From contig JBBRSP010000002.1 of NCBI GenBank assembly GCA_038245295.1, positions 160,001-224,000 on the forward strand: DNA of 64,000 bases. The letters are read 5' to 3'. The stretch comes from Candidatus Binatia bacterium. GTDB lineage: Bacteria > Desulfobacterota > Binatia > HRBIN30. Under the pieces are notes generated by a model that saw only the letters and a program-made list of their open reading frames with translations, was not told the DNA's origin and did not search any database. Both the position numbers and the translations under genes were made by a program. The number at the start of each line of letters is the position of its first letter. Position 1 is the first letter of the stretch. This document shows, one piece after another, positions 18,922 through 28,554 of the stretch.

Positions 18922-20829
18922 GTGTCCGATGAAGCAGCGCCCGCACAGACCTTGCCCGGCAAGGGCCCCAGCCTCGAAGACAAGCTGGAGGCGGTTCAGC
19001 CGCGTCCGGGCGTCTATCTCCTGAAGGAGAAGGGTGGCAAGGTCATCTACGTCGGCAAGGCGAAAAACCTGCGCAACCGCGTGCGTCAGTACTTCCGTGG
19101 CGGTGACGGGCGCCACCAGGTGTTGTTCCTGATGCAGCGGGTAACCGATCTCGAGACGCTGGTCACCACCAACGACAAGGAAGCGTTGATCCTCGAGAAC
19201 AATCTCATCAAGCAGTACAAGCCGCGTTACAACATCCGGCTGAAAGACGACAAATCGTACGTCAGTGTGAAGGTCACGACGCGCGACGACTGGCCGCGCA
19301 TCCTGGTGACCCGCAAGATCGTCAAGGACGGCAGCAAGTATTACGGCCCCTACGACTCAGCGAGCAGCGTGCGCGAGACGATCGATACGATTCGCAAGAT
19401 CATCCCGCTGCGCACCTGCAGCGATGGCGTGTTCCGCAATCGTTCGCGCCCGTGCCTGGAGTATCAGATCAAGCGCTGCCTTGGGCCGTGCGTTTTGCCG
19501 GTCGATCGCGCGGTTTACGCGCGCCATCTCAGCGAGGCGACGATGTTGCTCGACGGCAAGAGCCAGGTACTGGCACAGTTGCTCGAAGAGGAAATGACCA
19601 AGGCGGCGGCGGAGCTGCGTTTCGAGGAAGCAGCGCGGCTGCGCGATCAGATCCGCGCCATCGACAAGACCAACGAGAAGCAGAAGATGGTGTCGCATTG
19701 GGGCATCGATCAGGACGTCTTCGGCCTCTACCGCGAGGGCGGCTTCATCGAGGCGCAGGTGCTGTTCGTGCGTCAGGGCAAGCTCACCGGTAACCAGACC
19801 TACAGCTTCGACGACTACGAGTTCGCCGACGAGGAAGTGCTCGAGGAGTTGCTGACGCAGTTCTACCAAGGTGAACGCTACATCCCGGACGAAATCCTGT
19901 TGCCCGTGGACCTCGAAGACACGGAGGTTCGCGCCGAATATCTGGGCGAGCGTAAGGGGCGGCGCATCGAGGTGATGCGGCCGCAGCGCGGCGACAAAGT
20001 TCGCTTGATCGAAATGGCGCAGGAGAACGCGGCGCAAAGCTTCCGCGAGCGGCGCGATGCCGACAGCCAGCGCGAACGCATGTCGGAAGAACTGCAGAAG
20101 CGCCTGAACCTGCGCAACGCGCCGAAACGCATCGAGTGCTTCGATATCTCCAATATCCAGGGCCGCGTCGCCGTCGGCTCGATGGTAACCTTCGATGAAG
20201 GCGAGCCCGACAAGAGCCGCTACCGCCGTTTCCGCATCAAGACCGTCGCCGGCGCCGACGACTTCCGCATGATGTACGAAGTGTTGCACCGTCGTTTCAC
20301 GCGCGCCAAGGAGGAAGGTAGCTACCCCGATCTTCTCTTGGTCGACGGCGGCAAGGGACAGTTGGGCGTCGCGGTGGAGGTGCTACGTGAGCTCGGCATC
20401 ACCGAGGTCGACTGCGCCGGTCTGGCAAAGGACCGTGTGGCGCAAGACGTTCACTCCACCGAGATCGTCCACAGCGAGGAGCGGGTGTTCCTACCGGGCC
20501 GCAAGAATCCAGTCGTCCTCAAGCGCAACTCGAATGCGCTCTTCCTGTTGCAGCGACTGCGCGATGAGGCGCATCGGTTCGCCATTACCTATCACCGTCA
20601 GTTGCGCAGCAAGGAACGTCTACGCTCGATGCTCGATGACATCGTCGGTGTCGGTCCGACACGACGGCGACGCTTGCTGCGTCACTTCGGCAGCCTGCAG
20701 CGCGTGCGGGATGCGAGTCTGGAAGAGCTGCAGCAGGTGGCAGGGATCTCGGAAGTTCTGGCGCTGCAGATTCACCAGGCGCTGCGCTCGACGGCGCCGG
20801 TCAGCGCAGCATCCGCTGAGGAAAGCTGA
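18922..20829 (+). CDS. uvrC: excinuclease ABC subunit C
   Basis: GIY-YIG PGVY..IYVGKAKNLRNRV, IECFDISN, DGGKGQL, RDEAHRFA, HhH; start GTG 18922 lies 6 nt after TATAAT. Confidence 0.97.
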   Translation: MSDEAAPAQTLPGKGPSLEDKLEAVQPRPGVYLLKEKGGKVIYVGKAKNLRNRVRQYFRGGDGRHQVLFLMQRVTDLETLVTTNDKEALILENNLIKQYKPRYNIRLKDDKSYVSVKVTTRDDWPRILVTRKIVKDGSKYYGPYDSASSVRETIDTIRKIIPLRTCSDGVFRNRSRPCLEYQIKRCLGPCVLPVDRAVYARHLSEATMLLDGKSQVLAQLLEEEMTKAAAELRFEEAARLRDQIRAIDKTNEKQKMVSHWGIDQDVFGLYREGGFIEAQVLFVRQGKLTGNQTYSFDDYEFADEEVLEELLTQFYQGERYIPDEILLPVDLEDTEVRAEYLGERKGRRIEVMRPQRGDKVRLIEMAQENAAQSFRERRDADSQRERMSEELQKRLNLRNAPKRIECFDISNIQGRVAVGSMVTFDEGEPDKSRYRRFRIKTVAGADDFRMMYEVLHRRFTRAKEEGSYPDLLLVDGGKGQLGVAVEVLRELGITEVDCAGLAKDRVAQDVHSTEIVHSEERVFLPGRKNPVVLKRNSNALFLLQRLRDEAHRFAITYHRQLRSKERLRSMLDDIVGVGPTRRRRLLRHFGSLQRVRDASLEELQQVAGISEVLALQIHQALRSTAPVSAASAEES

Positions 20830-20859
20830 CGGAGCGCGCCACTCCGTGGCGCCCAGCAC

Positions 20860-20882
20860 CGCAAGCTAAAGCTTGCGCCTAC
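20860..20882. repeat. GTAG-type REP (GTAGGCGCA(G/A)GC-TT(T/C)A-GC(C/T)TGCG); representative copy
   Basis: Other copies at 22419-22443, 34882-34904, 39704-39726, 44436-44462, 46605-46627, 46682-46705, 48771-48793, 51972-51994 and 52026-52209 (interrupted). Confidence 0.9.
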
Positions 20883-20933
20883 CGGTGCTCTGGGTGTCAC
20901 GCAGGGACGCACTGCTGGACGTCGGCTGCGGCG

Positions 20934-22304
20934 TTACAAATCATCCCCGCCCGGATAGTGCACTTCCTCCGGGGCGCGATTCTCAAAACGCGTGTACTCG
21001 TTCATGAAGGTCAGCTGCACCGTATCGGTCGGCCCGTTACGCTGTTTGCCGACGATCACTTCGGCGGCGCGCTCCTCGGCGGTCTTGTCGTAGACGTACG
21101 GGCGATAGAGAAAGGCGATGAGATCGGCGTCCTGTTCGATGGCGCCCGACTCACGCAGATCAGCCATGCCGGGACGCTTGTCGCCGCGGCTTTCGACCTG
21201 ACGATTGAGCTGCGACAGGGCGATCACCGGTAAGTGCAACTCCTTGGCCAGCGCCTTGAGCGAGCGTGAGATGCTGGAGATCTCCTGTTCGCGGCTGTCG
21301 TTGCGCTCGCTACCGCGCATCAGTTGCAGGTAGTCGATCATGATCAGACCGAGATTCGATTCGCGATCGCGCTTGAGGCGCCGCGCTTTGGCGCGCAGCT
21401 CGAGGATGCTGAGCGCCGGCGTATCGTCGATGTAGATCGGCGCCTCTGAGAGGCGGCTGGCGGCGAGCACCAGCTTCGGCATGTCGCGATCGGCGGCGCT
21501 GCCGGCACGCACCCTCGACTGGTCGACGCGCGCTTCGCCGCACAACATGCGCATCACCAACTGTTCCTTGGACATTTCAAGCGAGAAAACCGCGACGCCG
21601 ATTTTGGCGACCATGCCGGCGTAGGTGGCGATGTTGAGGGCGAAGGCGGTTTTACCCATCGACGGGCGGCCGGCGATGATGATGAGGTCGGACGGCTGCA
21701 AACCGGCGGTGAGTTTATCCAGATCCGTGAAGCCCGTCGGCACACCGGTGACCAACTCCTTGCGTTCGTAGAGCTGCTCGATGGCATGAATCGAATCGAT
21801 GGTGAGATCGCGGATGCGGAAGAATTGTGGCTTCACTTTACGTTCGGAGATCTCGAAGATTTTCTGTTCCGCCTGATCGAGGAAGGCCTCGACGTTGGCG
21901 TTGTGCTCGTAACCTTGCGTGGCGATCTCAGTGGCCGTTTCGATGAGGCCGCGCAGAATCGCCTTCTCGCGCACGATGCGGGCGTAGAAGGCGACATTGG
22001 CGGCGGTCGGCACTTTCTCGACGAGCTCGGCGAGATAGGACGCGCCGCCGACGTCTTGCAGCTCACCGCGGTTACGCAGGGATTCGGACAGCGTGATCAG
22101 ATCGACGGGTTCCGAGCGCTGATTCAGATCGGTCATGGCGCGCATGATCTTGCGATGCGCCTCGCGATAAAAGTCGTCGGCAACAACCGCTTCGACGACG
22201 CGATCAATCGCGGTGTTGTCCAAAAGGATTCCACCCAGCACCGACTCTTCGGCTTCGATGCTGTGCGGCGGAGTTTTGCGAAGAGTCTGTTCGATGCGGT
22301 CCAT
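20934..22304 (-). CDS. dnaB: replicative DNA helicase
   Basis: PPHSIEAEESVLG, AGRPSMGKT, IDYLQLM, DLRESGAIEQDAD, KQRNGPT. Confidence 0.98.
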   Translation of the reverse strand: MDRIEQTLRKTPPHSIEAEESVLGGILLDNTAIDRVVEAVVADDFYREAHRKIMRAMTDLNQRSEPVDLITLSESLRNRGELQDVGGASYLAELVEKVPTAANVAFYARIVREKAILRGLIETATEIATQGYEHNANVEAFLDQAEQKIFEISERKVKPQFFRIRDLTIDSIHAIEQLYERKELVTGVPTGFTDLDKLTAGLQPSDLIIIAGRPSMGKTAFALNIATYAGMVAKIGVAVFSLEMSKEQLVMRMLCGEARVDQSRVRAGSAADRDMPKLVLAASRLSEAPIYIDDTPALSILELRAKARRLKRDRESNLGLIMIDYLQLMRGSERNDSREQEISSISRSLKALAKELHLPVIALSQLNRQVESRGDKRPGMADLRESGAIEQDADLIAFLYRPYVYDKTAEERAAEVIVGKQRNGPTDTVQLTFMNEYTRFENRAPEEVHYPGGDDL

Positions 22305-22502
22305 GTGAGGGTGCGGACGATAGACGCATCGGCGGAACGAACTCAAGCCGGGGGGCACTGCTCCGCTCCGCAAGCTTCCGCTTACCCAGAACGGATGCCG
22401 ATCGGCGCAGGGTCCGAGGTAGGCGCAGGTCTTTAGCCTGCGCTGGTGGCACGAGCGGTCCCCCCGGTGTCATCGTCATCGATTCGACGTTAAGAAACCC
22501 AC

Positions 22503-23996
22503 GTGAGCCAGCAAACATTCCCGCGACGCGCCGGTATTGGTTTGCCGCTGTTCTCCCTGCGGGGCGAGTTCGACGCGGGCAGCGGTACCATGCTCGATCT
22601 GCTGCCGTTTCTCGATTGGCTGCGCGCAGGCCGGCAGACCGTGCTGCAACTACTACCGCTCAACGAATCGCCGCCCGGTGAGATGAGCCCGTACACAACC
22701 CTGAGCGCCTTCGCCTTCGATCCCGAGTACATCGCGGCACACGCCGTCGTCGATGTGCAGGCGAGCCATGAGGCCCAGGATTGGCTGCGCGGGGCACGTG
22801 TGCGCGGCTTCCTCGAGCGTATGCAACGCTCGCGGCGACGCTGGCGCCGTGCCGCCCAAAGTTTCCAGAAGCATCTCCTGGAGTTTGGCTTTGCCGAGTT
22901 CGAGCACGCCGCGACGGCCGAGCGACGGGCGCAGTTTGACGCCTATCGACAGGACGAATCGAGCTGGCTCGACGCCTACGCCCATTTTCGCGCCCTGTAC
23001 GAGAAGCACGGCGAGAGACCATGGTGGGAATGGCCCGACGAAGCCGAGCCCGACGCGACACGGGTGCGCTTCGCTCAGTACGTGCAATGGATCGCGGCGC
23101 AGCAGTGGAGTACGGTACGGCGTCACGCTGCCGCCTGCGACGTGCTGCTCAAGGGCGATCTGACCTTCGTTTGCGGCCGCGATAGTGCCGACGTGTGGAG
23201 CCGCCAGGACGAGTTTGATGCAACCAGCTCGGCCGGCGCGCCACCCGATGCGTTTAGCGAGACCGGACAGAAGTGGGATCTACCGCTTTATCGGTGGGAC
23301 CAGATGCGTGCCCGCAACTTCGATTGGTGGCGCGCCCGCGTGCGCCAGGCGGCGGCGTTGTACGATATGGTGCGCATCGATCATGTTGTCGGGTTGTTCC
23401 GCACCTACGCCATTCCGATCGTTCCCGGCGGCACAGAAGGGTTCGTGCCCTCGCAAGAGTCAGAGCAGTACCACCACGGCACGGCCTTGATGGACGCAAT
23501 CCTCGAGGCAGCCGGGTCCGGCTGTCGTGTCGTCGCCGAGGATCTCGGCACGGTTCCGGATTGGGTGCGCCACGCGCTGCACCAACGTACGATCCCTGGG
23601 TACAAGGTGTTTCGCTGGGAGATGGACGGCAGCGACTTTGCCGAACCACGACACTACCCCGAGCTGTCGATCGCAACCAGTGGCACACACGATACCGACA
23701 CGCTGGCGCAATGGTTGGGCGAGATTGACGCGTCTACACGACACGCGCTGCAGCGTTTGGTGGGAGCGACGGATCTCGAAGCGATTCTGCGGCGCCTATA
23801 TGACGCCGGCTCGGCTTTGACGATCCTGCCGCTGCAAGATGTGTTTGGTTGGCCGGATCGCATCAACGTACCGGGCACGTCGAATCGGCAGAACTGGAGC
23901 TATCGCTTGCCAACGATCGAGGCGCTGCGCCGGACGCCGGCGGTGATGCAGCGATGGGAAGAGGCGGCGCGGCTTATCGAAGCAAGCGGGCGTTAG
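22503..23996 (+). CDS. malQ: 4-alpha-glucanotransferase (GH77)
   Basis: QLLPL..SPY, GAPPDAFSETGQKW, RIDHVVG, AEDLG, GTHD, RINVPGT..NWSYR. Confidence 0.93.
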   Translation: MSQQTFPRRAGIGLPLFSLRGEFDAGSGTMLDLLPFLDWLRAGRQTVLQLLPLNESPPGEMSPYTTLSAFAFDPEYIAAHAVVDVQASHEAQDWLRGARVRGFLERMQRSRRRWRRAAQSFQKHLLEFGFAEFEHAATAERRAQFDAYRQDESSWLDAYAHFRALYEKHGERPWWEWPDEAEPDATRVRFAQYVQWIAAQQWSTVRRHAAACDVLLKGDLTFVCGRDSADVWSRQDEFDATSSAGAPPDAFSETGQKWDLPLYRWDQMRARNFDWWRARVRQAAALYDMVRIDHVVGLFRTYAIPIVPGGTEGFVPSQESEQYHHGTALMDAILEAAGSGCRVVAEDLGTVPDWVRHALHQRTIPGYKVFRWEMDGSDFAEPRHYPELSIATSGTHDTDTLAQWLGEIDASTRHALQRLVGATDLEAILRRLYDAGSALTILPLQDVFGWPDRINVPGTSNRQNWSYRLPTIEALRRTPAVMQRWEEAARLIEASGR

Positions 23997-24018
23997 AACG
24001 CAGGCGGGGGTTGTGCGC

Positions 24019-24546
24019 TCAGCCGGCGCCGCCACCGACGTGATACAGGAGAAAATACACGGCAACGCCGCTGACGGAAACGTAGAGCCAGATTGGAAAC
24101 GTCCAGCGCGCCAAACGACGATGGCGCGCGAAATCGCCGCGCCACGCGTAGGACAGGGTGAACAGGGCCAAGGGGACAATCGTCGCGGCGAGCAGGATGT
24201 GTGGCCCGAGGATGCCGAGATAGACCGGCTTCAACCAATCGGGGCCGGCGAACTTCACTGATCCGGCCTGCGCGTGGTGCAGGACATACGTGACCAGGAA
24301 CAACACCGAAACGACAAGCGCCGTCACCATACACGCCTGGTGGGCGCTGCGTTTGCCTTGGCGGATGAAGCGATAGCCGGCAATCAACAGGACCGCGCTG
24401 GTGGCGTTGAGTGTGGCGTTGACGGCGGGAAGACGTGAGTCGACAGCGCCAGCAGCGACGCTGCTGCGCAGGATGAGCAGGGCGACGAGGCCGTTGACGA
24501 CGAGCGAGATGGTCGCAATCGCCCAGCGCAGAGTCGATTCGGACAT
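24019..24546 (-). CDS. DUF420 family membrane protein
   Basis: LPAVNATLN, H..CM, HILLA, HRRLARWTFPIWLYVSVSGVAVY. Confidence 0.9.
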   Translation of the reverse strand: MSESTLRWAIATISLVVNGLVALLILRSSVAAGAVDSRLPAVNATLNATSAVLLIAGYRFIRQGKRSAHQACMVTALVVSVLFLVTYVLHHAQAGSVKFAGPDWLKPVYLGILGPHILLAATIVPLALFTLSYAWRGDFARHRRLARWTFPIWLYVSVSGVAVYFLLYHVGGGAG

Positions 24547-24558
24547 CGTACGTGCTGT

Positions 24559-25107
24559 TTACTTGAACGAGCGCGCGAACAAATCGTCGATCGCCGCCTT
24601 GCCGTTGTCGTGCAGATACCGTGTGCCAGTGCCGCAGATCTCGGCGTGTGTGATGGTGGGAACGTGTTTCTCCCAGGCCTCGCCGGTCCAGCGCATCCAG
24701 GCGTCGCGGTCTTGATCGAAGACGAACAGCGGCTTGTTGCACAGCTTGGCGAACTCGGCGCCCCACCCGGTGCCGCCCATCACCGTATCGTCGTCGAGGA
24801 TCTTGCCGACGACGTAGATCTCCTGGGCGCTGTTGACCTGATGCCAGATCGTTTGCAGCACCTTCTTGAAGTAGTCGGTGTCGGGGTAGTGGCGCTGCAT
24901 CAGCTTGGCCACATAGGTGAGGCTGACATCACCCTTGAGCAACTCGAGGTGACTGAGCACGTGCAGGCCGCGAGTGCGCTCGACGGGATGTCCGTCGAAG
25001 GTGAAGGTAACCTCTTCGGCACCATGACGCTCCGCCGCCGCACCAAACGCCGCCTCGGCACCTTTGAGTCCGCCGCTGTACAGAACACAGTCGCTGGCTT
25101 TGAGCAT
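24559..25107 (-). CDS. conserved hypothetical protein, possible SLOG-like nucleotide-binding fold
   Basis: AGGAGG RBS; SGGLKGAEAAFG and GGTGWGAEFAKLCNKPLFVFDQ motifs. Confidence 0.6.
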   Translation of the reverse strand: MLKASDCVLYSGGLKGAEAAFGAAAERHGAEEVTFTFDGHPVERTRGLHVLSHLELLKGDVSLTYVAKLMQRHYPDTDYFKKVLQTIWHQVNSAQEIYVVGKILDDDTVMGGTGWGAEFAKLCNKPLFVFDQDRDAWMRWTGEAWEKHVPTITHAEICGTGTRYLHDNGKAAIDDLFARSFK

Positions 25108-25259
25108 CACGATCCCTCCTGTCGACACGACCATGCATTGCCGAGGAGCATCGACAATGCAAGGCGTAGGCGAGAGGGCAGTCGTCGGGTGAACCAAACT
25201 CAGATGGATCCTACGGATCCCTTGCGGTTCAATGAAGGCCTGGACTATGCGTGCCGCCG

Positions 25260-27989
25260 ATGTCCCGAACTCCCTGGTTGGCTGGTTGTGTTGCTATTGT
25301 CGCCTTGACGCTGAGCGGTTGCGCCGGTGATGGCAACGGTGTCGTCGCGGCGCCGGCGGCAACCACGACGCCGTCGGTGACACGAACTGTCTCGCCCGCC
25401 CCTTCTGCTACAGCGAGCGCCGCCCCGAGCCCGACATCGTCCACCGTCCCGTCGACCACGTCCACGTCGACGTCACAGCCAAGCGCGACCCCAACCCCAA
25501 CCGCAACGCTGCCGGCGTTGGCGACGGCAACGATGCCCGCCCAAACGCAGATCATCCTGTCCCGCGGCGCGTTTTCCCTGGTAGTGGCTGCCAACCCGCC
25601 GGCGCTGACCCTGCAGCGCGGCAGCACGACCCTCCTCTCGTGGCCGGCCGATGCGCTGCAGCTCGGACGCGTCGACGCCGTCGACAACGCGCGCAACTAC
25701 GATCCGTATTACCTCTATCTCAACGACCCCTTGTTCCAGCCGCCGGCCGGCCTGCGTTGGCTGTCGCCGCAGTCGGCTCAATTGACCAGCAGCAATGCCG
25801 ACAGCGCAACTTTGACACTGACCTACCCCGAAGACGTGCACGCCACGTTGACGATACAGGCAACCGTCGAAGGCCGTTTCGAAGCCCGGCTACAGCCAAC
25901 CGCCGGCGGACCCATCGCGTACTTCCGCCTGCGACCACGAGCGGATCACACGGAAGGCTTCTACGGACTCGGCGAATCCTTCGACGACGTGAACCAGCGC
26001 GGCAAGCTGCGCGCCATGCAGCTCGAGCTCGACGGCAACATCGAGAGCTCCGACAACGAAGCACACGTGCCGATTCCCTTCCTCATCGGCACCACCGGGT
26101 GGGGGCTCTTCGTCAACTCACCCTATCCGGCGACCTTCGACGTGGCGCGCCAGGCCGACGATCTGGTCGAAGCAACGTTCGCTACGGCCGCGGCGTCGAA
26201 CGAAGGCCTGGTTTTCCACATTCTCGCGGCTGCCGAACCGCTCGATCTGACCAAGCACTACTACGACCTTACCGGCCTGCCGCAATTGCCGGCGCGTTGG
26301 GCGCTGGGTCCATGGATCTGGCGCGACGAGAACCGCGACCAAGCCGAGGTCGAGAACGACGTGCACACGCTGCGCGAGCTCGACCTGGCGACGACGGCGC
26401 TTTGGGTCGATCGCCCCTACGCCAGCGGTGTGAACACCTTCGACTTCAAATCCTCGCAGTTCCCCGACCCGAGCAAGATGATCCAGGTCGTCCACGATTA
26501 CGGCCTGCGCTTCGCCCTCTGGCATACGCCGTACCTCGATCGCTCCGATCCGACCACCCTCGAATTGCGGCAGTTCGCGTCGGCCAACGAATACTACCCT
26601 GTACGTTCGGGATTGCTTCTCAATGGTTGGGGGCGTCCGATCGATCTGACCAAGCCCGAGGCCTACCAGTGGTGGCAGGGTCTGATCCGCCGCTACACCG
26701 ATCTTGGCGTCGAAGGCTTCAAGCTCGACTACGGCGAGGACGTGGCGGTCGGGGTGTCGACGGCACGCTCCATCTGGCAGTTCCACGATGGCAGCGACGA
26801 ACGCACGATGCACGGGCGGTATCAGCTCTTCTACCATCAGGTGTACAAGGAGACGCTGCCGGAGACCGGCGGGCTCCTGCTGTGCCGTCACGCCACCATC
26901 GGCGACCAGCGCAACGTCAGCGTCATCTGGCCCGGCGACCTCGACGCGTCGTTCGCCAAACATCGCGAGGAAGTCACCGACGGTAACAGCACGTACATCG
27001 CGGTTGGCGGTCTGCCCGCCTCGATGATTGCTGGGATCACGCTCGGGCCGTCCGGTTTCCCCTTCTATGGCGCCGACACCGGCGGCTACCGTCATTCACC
27101 GCCCGACAAGGAACTGTTCACGCGCTGGTTCGAGCAGACCGCTCTGTCCTCGGTCATGCAGATCGGCACCAGTACGAACAATGTCGCCTGGGAGTTCAGT
27201 TCTGAAACCGGCTTCGATCAGGAGATGCTCGACTGGTATCGCCGCTACACACGCTTGCACCTGCGGCTGTTCCCCTACGAGTGGACCTACGCGCAGCGCA
27301 TCGCCCTTGACGGACGGCCGATCCAGCGCCCACTCGGTCTGGCGTATCCGGAGGTGGGACAACACCCGTCCGACGAGTACCTTTTCGGCGACGACCTGCT
27401 GGTGGCGCCGGTGGTCACGCGCGACCAACGGCAACGGCCGGTGATCTTCCCGGCGGGGGAATGGATCAACTGGTGGACCGAGCAAAGCCAACCCGGCTCG
27501 ACGACAGCGATGATCGATGCACCGCTCGATACCTTGCCGCTGTTCGTGCGGCGCGGCGCCATCATCCCTCTGCTGCGACCGACCATCGACGCGATGGCAC
27601 CGACGACGCAGCCGGACATGGTGGATTCGTACGCCACGACACCTGGGCGGCTGTATGTTCGTGTTGTGCCGGGCGGCGATACGTCCTTCGACGTCTTCGA
27701 CGGCGCCCATCTGGCGCAGCGTCTCCAGATCGGCGACGTCACCGACCGCATCGAGCTTGATCTGGACGGCGGGACGGAGTTCAGCCGCGGCGCGGTGTTC
27801 GAGGTCTTCGGGTATCCGGTGGCGCAGGTCATGACGGTCGCGGACAACGGCGCCCCCATGACCAGGAGCGACTCGTTAACGGCGCTGGAGACAATGGACG
27901 CCGGCTGGACTCTCGACGGACGCCTCTACGTCAAGGTCGGCACCGGATCACACCGGATCGTCGCCGCCGTCTCCCAGATTCCCAACTGA
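25260..27989 (+). CDS. GH31 glycoside hydrolase lipoprotein with Ser/Thr/Pro linker
   Basis: Lipobox LSGC; GFKLDYGE nucleophile; WPGD acid/base; GADTGGY; YLFGDDLLVAPV. Confidence 0.88.
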   Translation: MSRTPWLAGCVAIVALTLSGCAGDGNGVVAAPAATTTPSVTRTVSPAPSATASAAPSPTSSTVPSTTSTSTSQPSATPTPTATLPALATATMPAQTQIILSRGAFSLVVAANPPALTLQRGSTTLLSWPADALQLGRVDAVDNARNYDPYYLYLNDPLFQPPAGLRWLSPQSAQLTSSNADSATLTLTYPEDVHATLTIQATVEGRFEARLQPTAGGPIAYFRLRPRADHTEGFYGLGESFDDVNQRGKLRAMQLELDGNIESSDNEAHVPIPFLIGTTGWGLFVNSPYPATFDVARQADDLVEATFATAAASNEGLVFHILAAAEPLDLTKHYYDLTGLPQLPARWALGPWIWRDENRDQAEVENDVHTLRELDLATTALWVDRPYASGVNTFDFKSSQFPDPSKMIQVVHDYGLRFALWHTPYLDRSDPTTLELRQFASANEYYPVRSGLLLNGWGRPIDLTKPEAYQWWQGLIRRYTDLGVEGFKLDYGEDVAVGVSTARSIWQFHDGSDERTMHGRYQLFYHQVYKETLPETGGLLLCRHATIGDQRNVSVIWPGDLDASFAKHREEVTDGNSTYIAVGGLPASMIAGITLGPSGFPFYGADTGGYRHSPPDKELFTRWFEQTALSSVMQIGTSTNNVAWEFSSETGFDQEMLDWYRRYTRLHLRLFPYEWTYAQRIALDGRPIQRPLGLAYPEVGQHPSDEYLFGDDLLVAPVVTRDQRQRPVIFPAGEWINWWTEQSQPGSTTAMIDAPLDTLPLFVRRGAIIPLLRPTIDAMAPTTQPDMVDSYATTPGRLYVRVVPGGDTSFDVFDGAHLAQRLQIGDVTDRIELDLDGGTEFSRGAVFEVFGYPVAQVMTVADNGAPMTRSDSLTALETMDAGWTLDGRLYVKVGTGSHRIVAAVSQIPN

Positions 27990-28032
27990 TCGCTTCCGAC
28001 CACGTGCCGCGCGGCGTGGAAGCGCTGGTCTT

Positions 28033-28359
28033 CTAGTGCTTGTTCGCCGCGGCGGGCGCGGGGTTGGCCGCCACGTCGCCGATGGTGATCTGGGCGCGCA
28101 ACGCGGCCAGATTCTTCTCGCCGATGCCTTTGACGTTCTTCAGATCGTCGACGCTCTTGAACGGGCCGTTCTTGTCGCGGTGATCGACGATCGCCTTGGC
28201 CCTCGAGCTGCCGATCCCCTTGACGGTCTCGAGCTCGATGGCCGAGGCGCTGTTGATGTTCACTTGTTTGGCTTCCGTCGCAGCCAGAGCCGGCAGCGCA
28301 GCGGCAAACAGCCACGCTCCCAGCACCGCCGCCAACAATCCTCGCTTCTGAATGGTCAT
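28033..28359 (-). CDS. comEA: ComEA-family helix-hairpin-helix DNA-binding protein
   Basis: Signal peptide; VNINSASAIELETVKGIG..GPFKSVDDLKNVKGIGEK. Confidence 0.9.
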   Translation of the reverse strand: MTIQKRGLLAAVLGAWLFAAALPALAATEAKQVNINSASAIELETVKGIGSSRAKAIVDHRDKNGPFKSVDDLKNVKGIGEKNLAALRAQITIGDVAANPAPAAANKH

Positions 28360-28432
28360 CTCGTTTTCCTCCTTCGTTCGGGGCGCTTCCACGCCAACGC
28401 GGCACACGCTTAGAATAATGAGCTATACAATC

Positions 28433-28453
28433 TTACAGTCAACTTGACTGTAA
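28433..28453. promoter_or_regulatory. perfect 10-bp inverted repeat between divergent genes (putative operator)
   Basis: TTACAGTCAA-C-TTGACTGTAA in an AT-rich patch. Confidence 0.6.
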
Positions 28454-28554
28454 AGCATAGATGCAGGGAAGAGATGCGGTCGGGCGACCCGGGTGCGGTG
28501 CCCCTCGCAATCGTCGCGCAACTTTCGCTATTCGCTCACGTTGGTGGCGTCACT

